Of a stretch of DNA of 64,000 nucleotides, positions 35,216 through 45,909 are shown one piece after another. The notes below the pieces were generated by a model. It did not search any database. It worked only from the letters and a program-made list of their open reading frames with translations, and was not told where the DNA came from. Source of the stretch: Methanococcus aeolicus Nankai-3. Lineage in GTDB: Archaea; AGJL01; Methanococci; Methanococcales; Methanococcaceae. The stretch spans positions 248,563 through 312,562 of the forward strand of contig NC_009635.1 in the NCBI RefSeq assembly GCF_000017185.1. The letters are read 5' to 3'. Every line of letters starts with the position of its first letter. The stretch's first letter is position 1. The position numbers and the translations under genes were made by a program.

Positions 35216-35345
35216 TGTGGTAATGCAGTATTGAAGTATCATTGGCGTATAAATATCTAAAAGCCAGAGTTCGGAGCTCCTGTAATTGGGGCCTACAATA
35301 TATATTATATATGCCAATATTGTCATTAAAAATAGGGGTAATATT

Positions 35346-36656
35346 ATGAAAATCCTTGAATTTTTAAAAAATAAAAAAGGTGCCATGGGCATAGGTACAT
35401 TAATTATATTTATTGCCATGGTATTAGTTGCAGCAGTTGCAGCAAGTGTGTTAATTAACACAAGCGGATTTTTGCAGCAAAAAGCATCTTCCACAGGTAA
35501 AGAAAGCACCGAACAGGTAGCTGGTGGATTATTATGTTATGGGGTACGAGGACATATTTTCAAAAGTGGTAATATATTTTATGATTTAGATAAAATGGTA
35601 ATGTATATTTCACCAAATTCCGGAAGTGCTCCAATTGATTTAAAAGAATCTAAATTGTTCTTAACATACGATGGTAAAAGCGTAGTATTGAAATACAGTG
35701 ACATAATATCTGCTACTGATGGAAGTCAGGATGTATTCAGTTTGACAAATGGATTTGCCATAAACTATTCAAATGTAACACATCCTGTAACAACTACAAA
35801 TCTTATAGACGATGTGTCATCTGCTTTTGAAATAAATTATACTGGGGCAACTCACCCAACAACAACTACAACACTTATAAATGGTACCGTAGATAAGATC
35901 AATATAACATCAAATAATGCTAATTTACTAACTATATTCAACGGTCTAAGAGTAGGGGACATAGTGACTATGGATACCAATGCTACCAATTGGACACCCA
36001 CAACAGCTACCGACGCCACTGTAGTAAGTGTAACAAATCTCGGTACTGGAGATTATGAAGTCATCATGAACTTCTCAACTAATGTGGTAAATGATGCATC
36101 CACTACAACAATATTGCCAAATACTGACTGGGTAAAACTCAATGGATCGGCATATGTGGATAAAATTAAAATTGCCACAACCAATTCAAAGTTAAAAACA
36201 GTATTGAAAGGATTATCTGCGGGAGATTCTGTAACTGTATTATCCAATAATACAATAACTTCAGAAAATACAACCACAGTAGATAGTATATCATATGATG
36301 GTACCACATTTACAGTTATTATGAATTTCGCGAATTATACTATAATATCTGCTAATGCAACATTGGGTACATCAGACTGGGTAAAACTCAACGGAACAGC
36401 AGTATGGGGAGGAGCAGACGACAAATCATTCTTGATAGCCCCATTACAAGATAATGATAACTCGGTAGTAAATGGAGGAGTTATCAACAAAGGAGACTTT
36501 GTAGCAATACTTGTAAATTCAGAGGCGGCATTTGATACAGAAATTCCCGAAAGAACAAGAGTTTTAGCTAGATTCCAACCAGAGTTCGGAGCTCCTGCGG
36601 TCGTAGATTTCACTACGCCGATTGCATACACCAAAGAAATCATGGAATTACAGTAA
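35346..36656 (+). CDS. flaB: unusually large archaellin (436 aa) with internally duplicated central modules
   Basis: Start reassigned to '[17 protein letters not shown]' at 35346 (the ORF track begins upstream). Conserved archaellin N- and C-termini flank an insert of about 230 aa that contains repeated segments and many N-X-S/T sequons. Confidence 0.85.
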   Translation: MKILEFLKNKKGAMGIGTLIIFIAMVLVAAVAASVLINTSGFLQQKASSTGKESTEQVAGGLLCYGVRGHIFKSGNIFYDLDKMVMYISPNSGSAPIDLKESKLFLTYDGKSVVLKYSDIISATDGSQDVFSLTNGFAINYSNVTHPVTTTNLIDDVSSAFEINYTGATHPTTTTTLINGTVDKINITSNNANLLTIFNGLRVGDIVTMDTNATNWTPTTATDATVVSVTNLGTGDYEVIMNFSTNVVNDASTTTILPNTDWVKLNGSAYVDKIKIATTNSKLKTVLKGLSAGDSVTVLSNNTITSENTTTVDSISYDGTTFTVIMNFANYTIISANATLGTSDWVKLNGTAVWGGADDKSFLIAPLQDNDNSVVNGGVINKGDFVAILVNSEAAFDTEIPERTRVLARFQPEFGAPAVVDFTTPIAYTKEIMELQ

Positions 36657-36686
36657 TTACCTTAAATTATTTAAGAGGCACATATT

Positions 36687-37331
36687 ATGAAAATCCTTGA
36701 ATTTTTAAAAAATAAAAAAGGTGCCATGGGCATAGGTACATTAATTATATTTATTGCCATGGTATTAGTTGCAGCAGTTGCAGCAAGTGTGTTAATTAAC
36801 ACAAGCGGATTTTTGCAACAAAAAGCATCTTCCACAGGTAAAGAAAGCACCGAACAGGTAGCTAGTGGACTCGAGATATTACAGGTTACGGGTTTGCATA
36901 ATAATACCAACATAAATAAAACTGCAATATACATTTCACCAAATGCAGGTAGTTCAGCAATTGATTTGGGTGAAACTGTTACAATGATATCAGACGGAAC
37001 CTCAGAAAGAATGACTAACTATAATTCTTCCCAGTATGATACATTAGTAACTGGCGGTTCAGTATTCACTTCGGCTGCATGGACAAATTTAAGTAGTAAT
37101 GATTTCGGTATAATTGTAATTCAAGATGCAGATGGATCATGTCAAGCTGCTACTCCAGTTATAAATAAAGGAGACATTGTAGTAATTGCATTAAATACCG
37201 AAGGATTAAGTATGGGGACAAGGTCAATTATAACAGGTTCAGTAAGGCCAGAATTTGGAGCCCCTGGTATAATATCCTTTACAACGCCTTCAACATACTT
37301 AGAAACAGTTCAAATTGTGAGCCTCCAATAA
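36687..37331 (+). CDS. flaB: archaellin (copy 1 of a tandem triplet)
   Basis: 214 aa; near-identical to the next two genes; part of a 703-bp tandem repeat. Confidence 0.9.
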   Translation: MKILEFLKNKKGAMGIGTLIIFIAMVLVAAVAASVLINTSGFLQQKASSTGKESTEQVASGLEILQVTGLHNNTNINKTAIYISPNAGSSAIDLGETVTMISDGTSERMTNYNSSQYDTLVTGGSVFTSAAWTNLSSNDFGIIVIQDADGSCQAATPVINKGDIVVIALNTEGLSMGTRSIITGSVRPEFGAPGIISFTTPSTYLETVQIVSLQ

Positions 37332-37389
37332 GGGGCCCACAATATATATTATATATGCCAATATCGTCATTAAAAATAGAGGTAATATT

Positions 37390-38034
37390 ATGAAAATCCT
37401 TGAATTTTTAAAAAATAAAAAAGGTGCCATGGGCATAGGTACATTAATTATATTTATTGCCATGGTATTGGTTGCAGCAGTTGCAGCAAGTGTGTTAATT
37501 AACACAAGCGGATTTTTGCAACAAAAAGCATCTTCCACAGGTAAAGAAAGCACCGAACAGGTAGCTAGTGGACTCGAGATATTACAGGTTACGGGTTTGC
37601 ATAATAATACCAACATAAATAAAACTGCAATATACATTTCACCAAATGCAGGTAGTTCAGCAATTGATTTGGGTGAAACTGTTACAATGATATCAGACGG
37701 AACCTCAGAAAGAATGACTAACTATAATTCTTCCCAGTACGCTACATTAACAACTGGCGGTTCAGTATTCGATTCGACTGCATGGACAAATTTAAATAGT
37801 AATGATTTCGGTATAATTGTAATTCAAGATGCAGATGGATCATGCCAAAATATTACCCCCGTTATAAATAAAGGAGACATTGTAGTAATTGCATTAAATA
37901 CCGAAGGATTAAATATGGGGACAAGGTCAATTATAACAGGTTCAGTAAGGCCAGAATTTGGAGCCCCTGGTATAATATCCTTTACAACGCCTTCAACATA
38001 CTTAGAAACAGTTCAAATTGTGAGCCTCCAATAA
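37390..38034 (+). CDS. flaB: archaellin (copy 2 of tandem triplet)
   Basis: 214 aa; differs from copy 1 at about 8 residues and from copy 3 at about 3 residues. Confidence 0.9.
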   Translation: MKILEFLKNKKGAMGIGTLIIFIAMVLVAAVAASVLINTSGFLQQKASSTGKESTEQVASGLEILQVTGLHNNTNINKTAIYISPNAGSSAIDLGETVTMISDGTSERMTNYNSSQYATLTTGGSVFDSTAWTNLNSNDFGIIVIQDADGSCQNITPVINKGDIVVIALNTEGLNMGTRSIITGSVRPEFGAPGIISFTTPSTYLETVQIVSLQ

Positions 38035-38092
38035 GGGGCCCACAATATATATTATATATGCCAATATCGTCATTAAAAATAGGGGTAATATT

Positions 38093-38737
38093 ATGAAAAT
38101 CCTTGAATTTTTAAAAAATAAAAAAGGTGCCATGGGCATAGGTACATTAATTATATTTATTGCCATGGTATTAGTTGCAGCAGTTGCAGCAAGTGTGTTA
38201 ATTAACACAAGCGGATTTTTGCAACAAAAAGCATCTTCCACAGGTAAAGAAAGCACCGAACAGGTAGCTAGTGGACTCGAGATATTACAGGTTACAGGTG
38301 TGCATAATAATACCAACATAAATAAAACTGCAATATACATTTCACCAAATGCAGGTAGTTCAGCAATTGATTTGGGTGAAACTGTTACAATGATATCAGA
38401 CGGAACCTCAGAAAGAATGACTAACTATAATTCTTCCCAGTACGCTACATTAACAACTGGCGGTTCAGTATTCGATTCGACTGCATGGACAAATTTAAAT
38501 AGTAATGATTTCGGTATAATTGTAATTCAAGATGCAGATGGATCATGCCAAAATATTACCCCCGTTATAAATAAAGGAGACATTGTAGTAATTGCATTAA
38601 ATACCGAAGGATTAAATATGGGGACAAGGTCAATTATAACAGGTTCAGTAAGGCCAGAATTTGGAGCCCCTGGTATAATATCCTTTACAACGCCTTCAAC
38701 ATACTTAGACACAGTTAAAATTGTGAGCCTACAATAA
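38093..38737 (+). CDS. flaB: archaellin (copy 3 of tandem triplet)
   Basis: 214 aa; start codons at 36687, 37390 and 38093 are spaced exactly 703 bp apart. Confidence 0.9.
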   Translation: MKILEFLKNKKGAMGIGTLIIFIAMVLVAAVAASVLINTSGFLQQKASSTGKESTEQVASGLEILQVTGVHNNTNINKTAIYISPNAGSSAIDLGETVTMISDGTSERMTNYNSSQYATLTTGGSVFDSTAWTNLNSNDFGIIVIQDADGSCQNITPVINKGDIVVIALNTEGLNMGTRSIITGSVRPEFGAPGIISFTTPSTYLDTVKIVSLQ

Positions 38738-38929
38738 TTATTTAATAATATTTATATATTTTTTTCTTAATTATATTTTAATTTCATGACATCAAATATA
38801 ACTTAATTATTTTAAATCCGATGAATATTGCGGGTTAACTATATAATAACTATATGGCAGGTATTCCAATATCATTTAATAAGAATAAATAAAAGAACCA
38901 ATACTAGTAGGGGGCAGTGGTGAAAACAT

Positions 38930-39475
38930 ATGCCAATATCCAATATGATCAATAAAATAAAAAACATATTTGCCAAAGATAAAACTAGGAATAATCCCCC
39001 TAGGAATAAATCCGAGGAAGAAGAAAATGAATTATGGAATGAAGAGGAGGAGATAAACCCAACATCTGAAACAGAAGAACTTCTTGCCAGAACAGGGGAA
39101 CTTGAATCAAAAATTCCAAGATTGGAAATGACAATTACAAGCCTAAAAAAAGAGAATGATGAATTAAGAGATAGCATCCATAAAATAAATGAAAATTTTC
39201 AAGATGTTATGTCACTTTATGAGGTGGTTTCAAATCAGGTAAATCCATTTATAGGCACTTCAAAAATTACCTCAAATACTATTGAAAATATAGAGAAATT
39301 GGAAAATGAGACGGAATATCTTAAAACTAAAGTAGAAGGGTTGCATAATGATATTGTATGTCTCGCTGACTTATATTTAAAGCAATATGATGTAGATTTG
39401 GATGAAATTATCGAAGATATATTAATAGATGAAGAAGTCTCCAAAATAATATCAGGGGATGATTTAAATGGATAA
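38930..39475 (+). CDS. flaC: archaellum accessory protein FlaC
   Basis: 181 aa, acidic coiled-coil protein in the canonical position after the archaellin genes. Confidence 0.7.
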   Translation: MPISNMINKIKNIFAKDKTRNNPPRNKSEEEENELWNEEEEINPTSETEELLARTGELESKIPRLEMTITSLKKENDELRDSIHKINENFQDVMSLYEVVSNQVNPFIGTSKITSNTIENIEKLENETEYLKTKVEGLHNDIVCLADLYLKQYDVDLDEIIEDILIDEEVSKIISGDDLNG

Positions 39476-40355
39476 TGAGAACACTATGCCTCCGAATATG
39501 GAGGATTATTTAACCGAAGATGAAGTGGAAGAATATTTAGATGGATTAAATACTAAAATTCCAACATTTATGGTAGAATTGCTAAGAAAAAATCTAAGAG
39601 ATAAAAAATTAAATAAAGATCAATTGGACAGGATTGTGGATCGGGTTTTTAATATATATATGGGTAAAAAACCAGAAGACAAAAAAATAAAAGAACTAAA
39701 TAATAAACTTAATGAATTATCTAGTAAATTGGATGCATTACTTAAACTTGCTACAATATCCTCCGCGACCAAGATTTCTAGCGAACTTGAAGAAGAATTA
39801 AATGAAAAAGGACAGGGCAAAGATGGAGAAATCGATGTTCAAGATGCGATATTATCCGATTCTGAACACATTGCAATAAATTCAGACGATGCAGACAGGG
39901 TAGATGAATCGTCTGACAAAAATATGGTATTGGGTAACGAAAAAGATTTATCAATAGTCCGTAGTAAAAATAAGGTGCAAGGTACATATAAACTTGAGAG
40001 TCTATCTGAGGATCCGCTGTCCACTGTTTTGGCATTTAAATGGATTGAATTTTTAGCAGGTCGGGTCGGCATAAATAATTTAATGAATATGTTAGACTAT
40101 TATCATGATCTCAAATGGATATCAGAAGATGTTGTAGCTCGATTGATAAAAATATCTAAAACTATGGAATACTTAACTGAAGAAAATAATAAAATTGACG
40201 AAGTTGTTAATAAAATGGTACCTGAAGATCATATCGTTTCAATACTTTATGTTGAAAAATTAGCTGGTCGGACAATATCTGCTGATGAATTAGAGCATAT
40301 AGATAGGGAAGTAAGTAAGATTAAACAATGGGTTAATGAATTACAAAATATATAA
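39468..40355 (+). CDS. flaD: archaellum accessory protein FlaD
   Basis: 295 aa; C-terminal domain ('LKWIEFLAGRVGINNLMNMLDYYHDLKWISEDVV') is homologous to the FlaE C-terminus. Confidence 0.75.
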   Translation: MDNENTMPPNMEDYLTEDEVEEYLDGLNTKIPTFMVELLRKNLRDKKLNKDQLDRIVDRVFNIYMGKKPEDKKIKELNNKLNELSSKLDALLKLATISSATKISSELEEELNEKGQGKDGEIDVQDAILSDSEHIAINSDDADRVDESSDKNMVLGNEKDLSIVRSKNKVQGTYKLESLSEDPLSTVLAFKWIEFLAGRVGINNLMNMLDYYHDLKWISEDVVARLIKISKTMEYLTEENNKIDEVVNKMVPEDHIVSILYVEKLAGRTISADELEHIDREVSKIKQWVNELQNI

Positions 40356-40386
40356 ACATCAATGAGTATTATGGAGGTGCATAATT

Positions 40387-40797
40387 ATGAATACCCCAGT
40401 AGCATTATCTTCATTATTGTTTGAAACACGACAAGTAACCAAGTTGAGAGATATTCCGGAAGACCCGATATCTATAATATATACATTAAAATGGTTAGAC
40501 TATTTATCCGAGAGGGTTAGCACCTCAAATGTGTCAAATGCTGTAAAAATATATTATAATTTAGGTTGGATATCTGATGAAGTAGTATTGCAATTATTAA
40601 CATATTTAAAAGGAATTAAAAAAGATAACTACGATTTGAAAGATAATTCATGCAAACTTACAATAACTGATCATCTGGTTTCATTACTATTTATTGAAAG
40701 AATAAATGGTAAAAAAACATCTGGTGAAACACTCGATACAATAGAGTGGGAAATAAGAAAAATAAAAGAGGGGGTTGAACAATCATATGGGATTTAG
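40387..40797 (+). CDS. flaE: archaellum accessory protein FlaE
   Basis: 136 aa; 'LKWLDYLSERVSTSNVSNAVKIYYNLGWISDEVV' is paralogous to the FlaD C-terminal domain. Confidence 0.75.
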   Translation: MNTPVALSSLLFETRQVTKLRDIPEDPISIIYTLKWLDYLSERVSTSNVSNAVKIYYNLGWISDEVVLQLLTYLKGIKKDNYDLKDNSCKLTITDHLVSLLFIERINGKKTSGETLDTIEWEIRKIKEGVEQSYGI

Positions 40798-41194
40798 TTC
40801 AATTGCTGGATTTTTGGTATTGATATCGACATTATTGGCATGTTCATTATATCTGTATGATAATGTGGACTCAAGCCTGACTGAAATAAATAGTGCATAT
40901 TCTGAATATATCGAACATTTGAGCGATAAATCAGATGAAAAATTAATAATAACTTCGGTCGTGGGTGTTGATGGTAATATATATATTAATGTGTTAAATA
41001 ATGGCTCATTAACTAATGAACCATATAAATGGACAGCATTATACAATGGTACTCCAAAAGGAATTAGCATCGATTCAAATATAACATACCTAACTCCATT
41101 AAATAATGTGACCATTACAATAATAGGGACGGCCCCTGCCAGGATATGTATTGTGTCAGAATATGGAAATAAATATTATTATTATTTAAATTAA
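40775..41194 (+). CDS. flaF: archaellum stator-associated protein FlaF
   Basis: 139 aa; N-terminal TM plus beta-sandwich-like domain; position in operon. Confidence 0.7.
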   Translation: MNNHMGFSSIAGFLVLISTLLACSLYLYDNVDSSLTEINSAYSEYIEHLSDKSDEKLIITSVVGVDGNIYINVLNNGSLTNEPYKWTALYNGTPKGISIDSNITYLTPLNNVTITIIGTAPARICIVSEYGNKYYYYLN

Positions 41195-41324
41195 TAAATA
41201 TTCATGGTAAATATTTATATTTATATTTACTTATTTATTCTTAGAGTTATTTTAACTTAAAAATATAAATACCCATATAATTAATATATTTTAAGATAAC
41301 TTCGCCTGTTCGGTAGGTGATTTA

Positions 41325-41780
41325 ATGGCATCTAATACATTCTCGGAAATTATTATGTTTGTTGTTGTTTTAATAATTGCCGCCTCAGTTTCGGGAATTC
41401 TTGTGGCCAATACTCACCAAATATCATTAGGTATGGCTACTAAGGGAGAGGTAATCTCGTCTAAATTATCCAATATTTTTGAAATTATCAATGATCCAGA
41501 AAATATTCCCAGAAATGAAAGCACCGGCATTATTTCAATATATATAAAAAACACGGGGAAAACACCATTTGTATTTAATTCTGGGGTTACAACCGTTCTT
41601 ATTGATGGAGATATTAAAACAATAAATTATATGACTGCAATAAGTAGTGCCTCAAATGAAATGTTAGATCCGTCGAAAATTGGTAGAATCGATGTTGAAT
41701 ACAATACTACTGGATATCATAGGTTAAAAGTAGTTTCTGAATACGGTGGAGCCCGAACATTGAAAATGCATATCCAATGA
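41325..41780 (+). CDS. flaG: archaellum protein FlaG
   Basis: 151 aa; N-terminal TM helix plus soluble domain; position in operon. Confidence 0.7.
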   Translation: MASNTFSEIIMFVVVLIIAASVSGILVANTHQISLGMATKGEVISSKLSNIFEIINDPENIPRNESTGIISIYIKNTGKTPFVFNSGVTTVLIDGDIKTINYMTAISSASNEMLDPSKIGRIDVEYNTTGYHRLKVVSEYGGARTLKMHIQ

Positions 41781-42490
41781 GTATATTTGGTGGTTTTATG
41801 AAAATTGCAGAAATTAAAATTGATAGGGATGATGTTCACAAGAGATTGGGCGGAGGCATACCTTGGGGGAGCATAATTCTTATTGAGGGGGAAGAATCCA
41901 CAGGGAAATCAATCATCTCTCAAAGACTTACTTATGGATTTCTACAAAATAACCACTCTGTCGTATATATCTCAACACAGTTAACAACCACGGAGTATTT
42001 GAAACAAACTAGGTCTTTGAATTATGACATGAACAAAAAACTTTTATATGGTGATATTTTATATATTCCCGTATATCCATTACTATCGCACAATATTCGA
42101 AGAGAAAACTTCATAGATAAAATTATGAGTACTAAACTATTCTATGAAAAAGATATAATTATATTTGATACATTATCTTCACTTATATTAAATGATGTAA
42201 GTGATATAACTACGCATGATTTAGTGGCTTTTTTTAAAAGAATTGTGGGTATGAATAAGATTATAATTTATACCATTAATCCAAAAGAACTTTCTGAATC
42301 CATGTTGCTATTACTGCGGACTGCAGCAACAGTAATATTTAAAACTGAAATTTATTCATTTGGGAATAATATTAAAAATATGATTAAAATTGAAAAATAC
42401 AATTTAGCCCTAGGACCATTTCAAAAAAGCATAATATACCGAGTGGATCCGAAAATAGGTATTGCAGTGGAAATATCCTCCATAGCATAA
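41777..42490 (+). CDS. flaH: archaellum ATP-binding protein FlaH (RecA/KaiC-like)
   Basis: 237 aa; Walker A 'GEESTGKSIISQ'; overlaps the flaG stop. Confidence 0.85.
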   Translation: MSIFGGFMKIAEIKIDRDDVHKRLGGGIPWGSIILIEGEESTGKSIISQRLTYGFLQNNHSVVYISTQLTTTEYLKQTRSLNYDMNKKLLYGDILYIPVYPLLSHNIRRENFIDKIMSTKLFYEKDIIIFDTLSSLILNDVSDITTHDLVAFFKRIVGMNKIIIYTINPKELSESMLLLLRTAATVIFKTEIYSFGNNIKNMIKIEKYNLALGPFQKSIIYRVDPKIGIAVEISSIA

Positions 42491-42523
42491 TTTATACACA
42501 AAACTTACCTTAATACTAGATGT

Positions 42524-44167
42524 ATGGGTGGCGAGATGGAAGATGAATTTAATATAATGATGAACAATAATCCACATTTAAAAGAATATGTAGATAAATT
42601 TAAAAAAAAATATAAGAATATCCCTGTATTTAATGCGACATTGTCAGGAGAGTTAAAGGAAGAAATATACCCCAATATAATTTACCCCATAGGAGACCCA
42701 TTATTTATTCATATATACGGAGCTCCCAAAATTAGTACGACATATAATGTCATAGAACCACGGTTAATGCCTGATGAAATAAGGGCATATAAATCAATAA
42801 TGGATAAGATTTTAGAATATGCTCCTTATGAAGAGGCCCCCGAGGATGATGAAGAATTTGAAAAAATAATTGAAAAATTGTTTAAAAGATCAACTAAAAT
42901 AGTTAATAGTAAAAATAACAAAAAAAGCCTTTTTAACCATCTAATTGGTGGAAAGATAAAAATTACACAGGATGAATTTTATAAATATGATTATTTATTA
43001 AAAAGAGATTTGGTGGGAATAGGTGTTCTTGAACCCATTAAACGAGATCCGTATATTGAAGATATACATATAATTGGTTCACATAATTGTCAGCTTATCC
43101 ATAAATTATTTGATTTACTGCCTACAAATATATATTGGAACGATGATTTAGAACTTTTTAGTTATCTAAAAAATTTATGTGAGCGAATCGGAAGGCCTGT
43201 TTCTGATGCAACCCCCATTATTGATGGTTCTCTTCCTGATGGTTCAAGGTTAAATCTATTATATTCTAGTGATATTTCATTAAAGGGGCCCTCATTTACT
43301 ATTCGAAAATTTACGGATATTCCTATAAGTATAACTCAAATTATAAATTGGGGAACCATGTCGGCAAGAATTGCAGCATATTTGTGGTTATGCATGGAAT
43401 ACGGTATGAGTGTATTTATATGTGGTGAGACTGCATCAGGTAAAACCACAACATTAAATGCAATATTGCCATTTATTAAACCCAAATCAAAGATATTTTC
43501 TTGTGAGGATACTTCAGAGGTTAAACCTCCGCAGCCAGTATGGCAGCAGCTACTTACAAGGGAAAGAGGACCCGAAGAAAGTAGGGTTACATTATTTGAT
43601 TTATTGAGGGCCGCTTTACGGTCTAGGCCTAATTATATTATTGTAGGGGAGATAAGGAGTATTGAAGGTGCCGTAGCATTCCAGGCAATGCAAACAGGAC
43701 ACCCCGTTCTGTCAACATTTCATGCTGCAAGTGTTAGGAAAATGATTCAGCGATTAAATGGGAATCCAATTAATATCCCATTAACATTTATGGATAATTT
43801 AAATGTAACACTTTTCCAATTGGCAGTATATAATAAAGGAAAATTTTTAAGGAGAGTTGTAAGTATTGAGGAACTTGAAGGATATTCAAAATACGCAGAG
43901 GGAATTGTAACTAGGGGAGTTTTTGAATGGGACCCACAGCTTGATAGGCATAATTTTACAGGATTAAATAACAGCTATATTCTCGAAGATAAAATTGCAA
44001 CGGTTGCAGGTTATGATGACCCCCGGGAGATATACGAAGAACTGGATTTAAGGACAAGAATATTGGAAGAAATGGTATCTAGAAATATTTTTGGATATGA
44101 TGAAGTAGTAAAAATAATATGGGATTTCTATAAAGAAGGTTTGGACGGCCTTCCATTCCCGATCTAA
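42524..44167 (+). CDS. flaI: archaellum assembly ATPase FlaI (type II/IV secretion ATPase family)
   Basis: 547 aa; Walker A 'CGETASGKTTTLNA', Asp box and His box ('GEIRSIEG', 'HPVLSTFH'). Confidence 0.9.
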   Translation: MGGEMEDEFNIMMNNNPHLKEYVDKFKKKYKNIPVFNATLSGELKEEIYPNIIYPIGDPLFIHIYGAPKISTTYNVIEPRLMPDEIRAYKSIMDKILEYAPYEEAPEDDEEFEKIIEKLFKRSTKIVNSKNNKKSLFNHLIGGKIKITQDEFYKYDYLLKRDLVGIGVLEPIKRDPYIEDIHIIGSHNCQLIHKLFDLLPTNIYWNDDLELFSYLKNLCERIGRPVSDATPIIDGSLPDGSRLNLLYSSDISLKGPSFTIRKFTDIPISITQIINWGTMSARIAAYLWLCMEYGMSVFICGETASGKTTTLNAILPFIKPKSKIFSCEDTSEVKPPQPVWQQLLTRERGPEESRVTLFDLLRAALRSRPNYIIVGEIRSIEGAVAFQAMQTGHPVLSTFHAASVRKMIQRLNGNPINIPLTFMDNLNVTLFQLAVYNKGKFLRRVVSIEELEGYSKYAEGIVTRGVFEWDPQLDRHNFTGLNNSYILEDKIATVAGYDDPREIYEELDLRTRILEEMVSRNIFGYDEVVKIIWDFYKEGLDGLPFPI

Positions 44168-44185
44168 AATAATTGGGGTAATTAT

Positions 44186-45862
44186 ATGGTGTTAAATATT
44201 TTGCCGCGAATAGGATTAAGGCCCAGAGATTATTTATTAAAATATGTTTTTCCTTCGACAATAATATCAATTATTATACTTGCCATAGGTTTAAATTATT
44301 TTTCGGGCTACACTTTATTAACTACATTAACAATTCCAATCGTTATTATGGGCGGTGCTTTGGGTTATCCATTTATAAAATTACATGATCAGAAAACTAA
44401 AATAAATGAAAAACTTCATGTATTTATATCTAAATTTGGAGTACTTTCAATAACAGATTTAGATAGAAAGGAACTTATACATTTGCTTGCATTAGAAAAA
44501 GATGAATTGGGACAGTTGGCAGATGAATCAAACAAAATATATGTATTGTTGAATAGATGGAATCAATCACTTGCTGAATCTTGTAGATTTTTATCGCGCA
44601 GGACTCCAAGTGATGAATTTTCAGATTTTTTAGATAGAATGTCGTATTCAGTAGATAGTGGTGAGGACCTTAAATCATTTTTGATTAAAGAACAGGATAT
44701 TGTTCTAAATGATTATATAGAATTTTATAGGCGATCCTTGTATATGTTGGACATATTCAAAGAAATATATGTTAGTGCAATCACGGCACTTTCATTTCTT
44801 ATAACTTTTGCAATTATCACCCCATATATAGCTCCGTATGATTTTATATCTATGGTAATTATGTCACTTATTGCTTTTGTTGTATTGGAAATCCTGTTAG
44901 TACAGATAATAATAAATCAAATGCCAAGAGATAAATTATGGCATCAAGCCGATAGGCCCACACAAATCGATCTGAGCATTAGAAAATATTTAATAATTTC
45001 TATCATATTGTCGGTAATTACTATGTCTGCCCTAATCTGGGGAAAATATATTGCAGAAATTCCAAAATTGGTGTTAATTCCATATCAAATGGTGTTTGCT
45101 ATTGGTATTACTCCCCTATTAATTGGTGGGTTCAAGGCAAAAAGAGAAGAAGATTTGACCATAAGAAGAGAATATAATTTTCCAGATTTTTTAAGGTCCT
45201 TGGGCGATTCAGTATCTGCAAAAGGAGGGGGGATGAAAGACTCTTTGGAATATCTTTCATATCATGATTTTGGTCCATTAACTAAAAATATAAAGCATCT
45301 TTACAAAAGAATGGTATTAAACATCGATAGTAATAAAACATGGAAATTGTTTGGAGTTGAAACAAGTAGTTATTTAATACAATTATTTTCGGAAATGTTT
45401 GAAAGATGTACATATTTGGGAGGTAATCCTGGATTAGCATCAGATATAATCGGAAATAATTTTCGTAAAATAATACATTTAAGGAAATCAAAATATCAAA
45501 GTGTTAAGCAATTCTCTGGTACCATGTATGGATTGGCTGGGGGCATGGCTTTAACATTATTCACAGTTCATGGAGTAACCAATATGATAAATAAATTATA
45601 TGCAGGACTTAATATGGGACAGGTTATGAATCTTATACATGTTGTGCCATCCGAGGACATGAATATTGTAGCATATCTAATGTATGCAAGTTTAATACTT
45701 TATTCTATGTTTTCGGCATATTTAATAAAAATGATGGATGGAGGTCATCCACAAGTCGTTTTGGTGCATTTTGTTATAATGGTATGGGTAGTATCTATTG
45801 TAGCATGTGTAACAGGATATGTGCTGGATATAGTATTGGGAACCACTATTTCAATAGCTTAA
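44186..45862 (+). CDS. flaJ: archaellum membrane platform protein FlaJ (TadB/C-like)
   Basis: 558 aa polytopic membrane protein immediately after flaI. Confidence 0.85.
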   Translation: MVLNILPRIGLRPRDYLLKYVFPSTIISIIILAIGLNYFSGYTLLTTLTIPIVIMGGALGYPFIKLHDQKTKINEKLHVFISKFGVLSITDLDRKELIHLLALEKDELGQLADESNKIYVLLNRWNQSLAESCRFLSRRTPSDEFSDFLDRMSYSVDSGEDLKSFLIKEQDIVLNDYIEFYRRSLYMLDIFKEIYVSAITALSFLITFAIITPYIAPYDFISMVIMSLIAFVVLEILLVQIIINQMPRDKLWHQADRPTQIDLSIRKYLIISIILSVITMSALIWGKYIAEIPKLVLIPYQMVFAIGITPLLIGGFKAKREEDLTIRREYNFPDFLRSLGDSVSAKGGGMKDSLEYLSYHDFGPLTKNIKHLYKRMVLNIDSNKTWKLFGVETSSYLIQLFSEMFERCTYLGGNPGLASDIIGNNFRKIIHLRKSKYQSVKQFSGTMYGLAGGMALTLFTVHGVTNMINKLYAGLNMGQVMNLIHVVPSEDMNIVAYLMYASLILYSMFSAYLIKMMDGGHPQVVLVHFVIMVWVVSIVACVTGYVLDIVLGTTISIA

Positions 45863-45909
45863 AAAAATATTTGCCCTTTATGTTATATATTGTGGGGAGG
45901 AAGATCACT

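Larger units (their letters stand above)
36687..38795 (+). repeat. 3 x 703-bp direct tandem repeat, each unit = one archaellin gene plus a 58-bp spacer
   Basis: Start codons at 36687, 37390 and 38093; spacers 'TAAGGGGCCCACAATATATATTATATATGCCAATATCGTCATTAAAAATAG(A/G)GGTAATATTATG' are identical except for one base. Confidence 0.85.

Noticed and set aside
34426-38340. Minus-strand ORFs of 87-116 aa (34426-34725, 35159-35509, 36671-36934, 37299-37637, 38002-38340) opposite the archaellin genes
   Set aside because: They are antisense to the highly conserved archaellin signal-peptide/N-terminal coding region, and are repeated only because the sense genes are repeated. They are low-complexity hydrophobic translations with no independent support.
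36687-38795. Regular 703-bp periodicity that might suggest a CRISPR-like array
   Set aside because: The repeat units are whole protein-coding genes; no short repeat-spacer structure and no cas genes are nearby.
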